From: a bacterium
Lineage (GTDB): Bacteria; Sysuimicrobiota; Sysuimicrobiia; Sysuimicrobiales; Humicultoraceae
Direction of reading: 5' to 3'
Assembly (NCBI GenBank): GCA_041497675.1
Contig: JBGQGY010000110.1
Span: 1 to 12,480 of the forward strand
DNA length: 12,480 nt
Shown: positions 7,598-12,480 of the stretch, one piece after another
Layout: the number at the start of each line of letters is the position of its first letter
Position numbering within the stretch: the first letter of the stretch is position 1
Made by a program: the position numbers and the translations under genes
The notes under the pieces: generated by a model
The model's input: only the letters and a program-made list of their open reading frames with translations
Databases searched by the model: none
Told to the model about the DNA's origin: nothing

Positions 7598-7606
7598 TTA
7601 TCCACA
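7598..7606 (+). promoter_or_regulatory. Consensus DnaA box
   Basis: Exact TTATCCACA in the divergent fbp/parA intergenic region. It overlaps a possible minus-strand -10 (GATAAT, 7597-7602). Confidence 0.5.
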
Positions 7607-7629
7607 AGCGGGCAGACTTCCATCCTCCA

Positions 7630-7657
7630 AAAGGATATTGTTTGCAGAGGGTCGAAC
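7630..7657 (+). promoter_or_regulatory. SigH-like promoter upstream of parA
   Basis: AAAGGATAT-N12-GTCGAAC versus the Bacillus SigH consensus RNAGGAWWW-N11/12-RNNGAAT (one mismatch). Confidence 0.5.
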
Positions 7658-7660
7658 AGC

Positions 7661-7693
7661 GGGGGAACTGCCCGGTGAAAGCCGGGCTCCCCC
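7661..7693 (+). other. GNRA-capped hairpin in the putative parA 5' UTR
   Basis: GGGGGA-(act bulge)-GCCCGG-t-GAAA-g-CCGGGC-TCCCCC, ending 8 nt before the SD GAGGTG (7702-7707). Confidence 0.55.
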
Positions 7694-7717
7694 CGGAAAC
7701 TGAGGTGGCACGGGCAG

Positions 7718-8533
7718 GTGAGCGCTGAGGCGCTGGTCATCGGGTTGGTGAACCAAAAAGGCGGCTGTGGCAAGACCACCACGGCCGTCAATCTGAGCGC
7801 CTCCCTCGCCGCCGCTGGTCACCAGACCCTGCTCGTTGATTTGGATCCGCAGGCGAATGCCAGCGTGAGTCTGGGCATCGATCCTGCAGCCCTCGAGCGA
7901 ACCGTCTACCATGTCATTGTCGACCCTAACCCGGATGACGGGCTGCCGATGGCCTCCGTCATCCGCAAGACGAGGGTCAAGCGGTTGGATGTCGCGCCCT
8001 CATCGATCGACCTGGCCGCCGCCGAACTCGAGCTGGCGGCGCGGATCGGTCGCGAGACGACCCTCCGAAAGCGTCTCGCCCCGCTGCGGTCGCAGTATGA
8101 TTTCATCCTGATCGACACGCCGCCGTCGCTCGGGTTGCTCACGCTCAACGCCCTCGTGGCCTGCGACGGTATCATCATTCCGATCCAGACGCACTACTAC
8201 GCGCTGCTGGGCATGCGGCAGCTGTTGCGGACGCTGAAGATGGTGCGTGACGAGGTCGGCCATCAGGTCGAGATTATCGGCGTGCTGCCGACCATGTATG
8301 ATTCGCGGACGACGATCAGCAGAGAGATCCTCCACGGCATCCACGACTTCTTCCCCAACAAGGTCTACCAGACGACCATCCACTTCAACATCAAGCTGGT
8401 CGAGTCGTCCATGGCCGGCGTGCCGCTGTTCATCAAGAATCCGGACTCGCGGGGCGCGAAGGAATACACGAATCTGGCTCAAGAGGTGATCGGATATGCC
8501 AAACGGGCGCGAGGAGCTCCGGCGAGGCGTTAG
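7718..8533 (+). CDS. parA: ParA/Soj-family ATPase (type Ib, no N-terminal HTH), 271 aa
   Basis: Deviant Walker A NQKGGCGKTTT, DLDPQANAS, Walker B ILIDTPPSLGLLTLNAL, TMYDSRT. GTG start with SD GAGGTG. No parB follows. Confidence 0.93.
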   Translation: MSAEALVIGLVNQKGGCGKTTTAVNLSASLAAAGHQTLLVDLDPQANASVSLGIDPAALERTVYHVIVDPNPDDGLPMASVIRKTRVKRLDVAPSSIDLAAAELELAARIGRETTLRKRLAPLRSQYDFILIDTPPSLGLLTLNALVACDGIIIPIQTHYYALLGMRQLLRTLKMVRDEVGHQVEIIGVLPTMYDSRTTISREILHGIHDFFPNKVYQTTIHFNIKLVESSMAGVPLFIKNPDSRGAKEYTNLAQEVIGYAKRARGAPARR

Positions 8534-8903
8534 AGATCTGATCGAGATCGCGTCCCGCGAGATGGAAGCGCTGGAAGACCCGACGCCCCCGGCGCCGCCG
8601 GTAGCGGAGGCCGCGACGCGTGACTCCAGGCCGATCCTCCGCCTGGTGCGCGATGTCGCCCCGGTGCCTGCCGAGATGCTCGCACCGGCCCACGGCCCCA
8701 CCGGCGCTCCGGACATCATTGCCGGCCCGTCAAAGAAGGGCGTCTGCGCGGCCTACTACGTCAGTCGGAAGTGCTGGGAAGTGGCGGACGCGTACTGCAA
8801 CCAAGCGCTGCACGTCTGCATGCTGCGAGAGTGCCCGGTGTACCATCTCAACCGCGAGGAACTGGAGCAGCGATTCGCCCGGAAGTTCTCCCATCTCTGG
8901 TAG
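8496..8903 (+). CDS. Hypothetical ParA-partner protein with Cys-rich (CW-type) C-terminal module, 135 aa
   Basis: SD GAGGTGAT at 8483-8490 lies inside parA, and the start overlaps parA by 38 nt. N-terminal LRRGVRDLI, a Pro/Ala linker, C-x8-CW-x6-C-x6-C-x4-C-x3-H, ending FSHLW. Confidence 0.82.
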   Translation: MPNGREELRRGVRDLIEIASREMEALEDPTPPAPPVAEAATRDSRPILRLVRDVAPVPAEMLAPAHGPTGAPDIIAGPSKKGVCAAYYVSRKCWEVADAYCNQALHVCMLRECPVYHLNREELEQRFARKFSHLW

Positions 8904-8911
8904 ACCGCAGG

Positions 8912-9547
8912 CTATTGGCGGAGGTCGAGGTTCAGCAGTTCCCTCAGATCGGAGATCCAGGCCCACGGGACGACGCCGCGCGATTCGACCTCGGCGCGCC
9001 GTTCCCCAAACCCGATGAACCGCACGCCCGCGCCCTCGGCGGCGAGGCCGTCGATCCATGAGTCACCGACCATGTACGCGTCGTGCAACGGGCCCAGCCG
9101 CTCGACGATCAAGCGGATGCCGGATGGATCGGGTTTCAACGCGGGGACGTCGTCGCGTGTCATGGCCAGATCCAACAGGGGTGTCAGCGCCATCGCCTGC
9201 AGCAGCCGGTGCGTCGCCGGACGGGCGTTGTTCGTCAGCAGCGCCAGCCGGAACCCCCGTGCCGCTAGATGCTCGAGCACTTCGCGGGCATGCGGCATGG
9301 CGGTGGCGCCGGCGAGCCCTTCGGCCTCATAGCGCTCGATCGTGGCCCACAGCGATGGAGCCAGATCCGGCGTGGCCGCCGCTGCCTGATCGACGAGGTC
9401 GCGGAGCGGATGGCGCATCAACTCCTCGCGCGCGGCAGGAAGGGGCGATCGGGCTGCCCATTGGTCGATCAGGCTGGCCCGGAGCTCGGCGAAGTTGATC
9501 CGCGAGTCGATGAGCGTGTTGTCGAAGTCGAAGATGATCGCGATCAT
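8912..9547 (-). CDS. HAD-superfamily hydrolase (phosphoglycolate phosphatase-like), 211 aa
   Basis: Motif I IFDFDNTL, motif II LTNN, motif III KPDP, motif IV VGDSWID. ATG at 9547 has AGGA about 8 nt upstream and is preferred over the ORF-track GTG at 9577. Confidence 0.9.
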   Translation of the reverse strand: MIAIIFDFDNTLIDSRINFAELRASLIDQWAARSPLPAAREELMRHPLRDLVDQAAAATPDLAPSLWATIERYEAEGLAGATAMPHAREVLEHLAARGFRLALLTNNARPATHRLLQAMALTPLLDLAMTRDDVPALKPDPSGIRLIVERLGPLHDAYMVGDSWIDGLAAEGAGVRFIGFGERRAEVESRGVVPWAWISDLRELLNLDLRQ

Positions 9548-9618
9548 CGTGACGTCCTGACATTCCATCTTTGTCACCGGGTTCCTGGTGGGACCACGCC
9601 GCGCGGAGAGGGAGTACG

Positions 9619-10923
9619 ATGACCACGCCGCAGCCGACGACCATCGAGATGCTGGGGCAGCACATCGGACAGGAGGTCGAACTGTCCGGTTGGCTGGCGA
9701 ACCGTCGTAGCAGCGGCAAGATCCACTTCCTGCTGCTCCGCGACGGCACAGGCACGGTGCAGGCGGTGATGGGCCGGCAGGACGTCCCCGAGGACACCTT
9801 TGCCGCGGCCGATCACCTCCCGCAAGAGAGCAGCCTGATCCTCACCGGCGTCGTACGCGCCGATCCACGCGCCCCCAGCGGCGTCGAGGTGACCGTCCGG
9901 TCGATCCGCGTGATCCAGCAGGCCGAAGCGTATCCCATTACGCCGAAGGAGCACGGGGTCGAGTTTCTCATGGATCACCGGCATCTGTGGCTCCGCAGCC
10001 GGCGCCAGCACGCGATCCTGAGGGTGCGGGCCGAGGTCATCCGCGCGATGACCGACTACCTCGACGACCACGGGTATCTGCGCGTGGACGCGCCGATCCT
10101 GACGCCGGCCGCGGTGGAGGGGACCACGACGCTGTTTGCCACCGAGTACTTCGATCTGGGAACCGCGTATCTGACCCAATCCGGTCAGTTGTACAACGAG
10201 GCGGCTGCGATGGCGTTTGGCCGCGTGTACTGCTTCGGACCGACGTTTCGTGCAGAGAAGAGCAAGACCCGCCGGCACTTGATCGAGTTCTGGATGCTGG
10301 AACCCGAAGCCGCGTTCCTCGATCTCAACGGCTACATGACGCTGGCCGAGGGGTTTGTCGCGTACGTCGTGGGCCGGGTCTTAGAGCGGTGCCGGGTCGA
10401 GCTGCGCACGGTGGAGCGCGACGTCGCACCGCTCGAGCGCGTCCAGGCGCCGTTTCCCCGCATCTCGTACGACGAGGCGCTGCGGGTGCTCGCCGAACAG
10501 GGCAAACCGGTGACCTGGGGAGACGATCTCGGCGGTGATGAGGAGACGGTTGTGAGCAACGCATTTGACCGGCCCGTCTTCGTGCACCGGTACCCCACGC
10601 AGTGCAAGGCGTTCTATATGCAACCCGATCCACAGCGGCCCGAAGTGGTGCTCGGCGCCGATCTCCTGGCGCCGGAGGGCTACGGTGAGATCATCGGCGG
10701 CGGTCAGCGCATCGACGACCTCGATCTGCTCCGCCGGCGACTGGCCGAACACCGCCTGCCGGAGGAGGTCTACCGGTGGTACTTGGACCTCCGCCGGTAC
10801 GGGTCGGTGCCGCATTCGGGGTTCGGCATCGGGATCGAGCGCACTGTGGCCTGGATCTGTGGGATCGACCATATCCGCGAGACGATTCCGTTCCCGAGGC
10901 TGCTGAACCGACTGTACCCGTAG
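9619..10923 (+). CDS. asnS: Asparagine--tRNA ligase, 434 aa
   Basis: OB-fold [36 protein letters not shown], motif 2 [63 protein letters not shown] before ATG 9619. Confidence 0.96.
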   Translation: MTTPQPTTIEMLGQHIGQEVELSGWLANRRSSGKIHFLLLRDGTGTVQAVMGRQDVPEDTFAAADHLPQESSLILTGVVRADPRAPSGVEVTVRSIRVIQQAEAYPITPKEHGVEFLMDHRHLWLRSRRQHAILRVRAEVIRAMTDYLDDHGYLRVDAPILTPAAVEGTTTLFATEYFDLGTAYLTQSGQLYNEAAAMAFGRVYCFGPTFRAEKSKTRRHLIEFWMLEPEAAFLDLNGYMTLAEGFVAYVVGRVLERCRVELRTVERDVAPLERVQAPFPRISYDEALRVLAEQGKPVTWGDDLGGDEETVVSNAFDRPVFVHRYPTQCKAFYMQPDPQRPEVVLGADLLAPEGYGEIIGGGQRIDDLDLLRRRLAEHRLPEEVYRWYLDLRRYGSVPHSGFGIGIERTVAWICGIDHIRETIPFPRLLNRLYP

Positions 10924-11004
10924 TCGGTGCCCAGGGATGGTCCAATGAGTGCAGGAGTCGAGTTACGCGGATGGAGAAGCCCGATGTGAGCATGACGCAA
11001 AGAA

Positions 11005-12480
11005 GTGTCCGCGACAGCCTGCTCAGGTCCTGGCGGGGTTTCTGTCATGGTCATAGTGGCTCTACTCGGTCTCACCGGACTCGCGGTGGTACTCTTCGGT
11101 GCCGGTGGGGTCATTGGGCTTCACGTTGATTCGGCGCAATACATCGAAGCGGCCCGAAATCTGCTGAAAGGCTATGGACTGAGTCAGGTGTTCGAGACCG
11201 GACCGGATCCGGTGACTGTGTCGGCACCACTCTACCCTGCGATGCTCGCGATGCTCGGAGTCTTCGGTCTCGATCCCTTGGACGGGGCAAAGTGGTTGAA
11301 TGCTTTCCTCTTTGGCGCCAATATTAGCCTCGTCGGATACGCCATTTATCGGAGCACCAATTCGAGGGATGGCTGCCGTCCTGGGAGCATTCCTCGTTCT
11401 TGCCTCTCCCCACGTACTCTATGTCCACATGATGGCCTTGACGGAGCCGCCGTTCATTTTTTTCGCTATGTTAGGAGTATTTCTGGTCGCAACGTCCGCG
11501 GAAAATCCCAGGGCGCTTTACGCGGCCGCCGCGGCCGCCGCATTGGCCTGGCTTGCGCGATACCCCGGTCTGGCGGTCGTAATCGCTGGGACCGCGGGGA
11601 TTCTCGTGCTGCGAACGCACGCTCATGGTCGTAGAATTCGAGATGCGGCCATGTTTGCCGTGCTGCCGTTGCTCCCGGTGACGCTCTGGTTCCTCAGGAA
11701 TGTCTTGGTCGCTCACGTTGTGACGGGGAGGGGGACCGGATTCCATCCGATCACGGTTGAGCAAATCAAGCCTGCCCTGCTAGCGTACTCGTCGTGGCTG
11801 GTTCCCGAGACGCTTCCAGCCTCGTTCGGCATCTTCAGGAACATCTTCTTGATTGCAGTCATCGGGAGCTTTGTGGGTCTAAGCATTGCACTACTGCGCG
11901 CCAACCGGCGGGCGCACAGAACCGAACCTGCCGGTCCTCTTTTGTCGAGATTCTCCACACTGCTGTTATTGTATGTCTCCTTCTACAGTGGGTTTTTGGT
12001 CCTTGCCGCGTCCCTCAGTGGTTTCTATAAGGCCCCCCTGGGGTTTCGGTATCAGGTGCCGATTTACGTGGCTTTGACGGTTCTCATCGTCTCCCAGGGT
12101 CACTATCTTTTGCGTGGCGCACGTACTCGCCTCCTTCGAGTGGCCACGCTGGCATTCTGCGTCGCTTTCGCGGCATCGTACTCCATTCGGGGAGCAGTAT
12201 GGGTGATGAACAGTCATAGCCGGGGGCTGGGATATGCTAGCAGGATGTGGAGACAGTCCGAGACCATCACAATGGTTAAGGCGCTCCCTCCTGACATTTG
12301 GGTTTATTCGAATATTCCCGAAGTAATCTATCTGCTGACCGGGAGGCCGTCTGGCTCCCTTCCTGGAAAAACGGAGAGCGAATATCGCTCGGAATTGGCC
12401 CGGATCGATCGAAGACTCCGGAACCGAGAAGTGCTGCTTGTGTATTTTCGTGAGGTTCCAGGCCGTGACTTTCCAGGCCG
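11005..12480 (+). pseudogene. Frameshifted multi-pass membrane glycosyltransferase (GT-C/PMT/ArnT-like); 3'-truncated by the window
   Basis: Frame 1 (11005 to ~11367): a TM helix, then DSAQYIEAARNLLKGYG..PLYPAMLA..WLN. Frame 2 is stop-free from 11300 to the window end and reads MAAVLGAFLVLASPHVLYVHMMALTEPPFIFF..ARYPG..WFLRN..RYQVP..VYSNIPE, with many TM segments. The two parts join by a +1 shift near 11360-11368. The start is uncertain, and a sequencing error cannot be excluded. Confidence 0.7.

Noticed and set aside
7569..7601. Perfect TTGACA pointing toward parA
   Set aside because: The best -10 (TATTAT) is 21 nt away; at 17-18 nt there is only a poor match (TTTTAT). Not called as a promoter.
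7527..7717. Possible oriC or parS site next to parA
   Set aside because: Only one DnaA box, no dnaA gene or DUE repeats, and no TGTTTCACGTGAAACA-like palindrome seen.
7661..7720. Resemblance to a cobalamin riboswitch core (GGGAA..CCGGTGAAA.CCGG..CCCC..ACTG)
   Set aside because: No downstream B12 box, no room for it before the parA start, and the downstream gene is unrelated to B12.
9548..9618. T-box leader for asnS
   Set aside because: Only 71 nt of divergent intergenic space and no T-box motif.
11369..11634. C-terminal half of ORF 11005..11634 and the short ORFs from 11471 to 12217
   Set aside because: Out-of-frame by-products; the coding signal is in frame 2 running to the window end.
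12456..12480. TTCCAGGCCG direct repeat (12456-12465 and 12471-12480)
   Set aside because: Only two 10-nt copies, in frame within coding sequence and cut by the window edge; not evidence for CRISPR or an att site.

Overview
GC-rich bacterial chromosomal window, mostly housekeeping genes. It has a Terrabacteria-like gene order; the exact lineage cannot be fixed from the sequence. Order: aspS (5'-truncated), an unannotated 6S RNA, rarA, a sigma70-type promoter, mnmA (C-type), a YtxH-domain protein, a CCA-adding/HD enzyme with no canonical start codon, and a 46-aa membrane peptide. A perfect 21-bp inverted repeat separates these from the convergent bifunctional FBP aldolase/phosphatase. Divergent from that gene lies an orphan ParA/Soj ATPase coupled to a small non-ParB partner. 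Then come a HAD phosphatase (minus strand), asnS, and a lower-GC, frameshifted GT-C-like membrane glycosyltransferase that runs off the window. The best candidate for an undescribed system is the ParA plus partner pair. The partner has a ParB-like N-terminal peptide, a Pro/Ala linker, a five-Cys CW module and a C-terminal Trp. Its upstream region holds a perfect DnaA box, a SigH-like promoter and a GNRA-capped hairpin. All family calls come from motif recognition by eye; no database searches were run.
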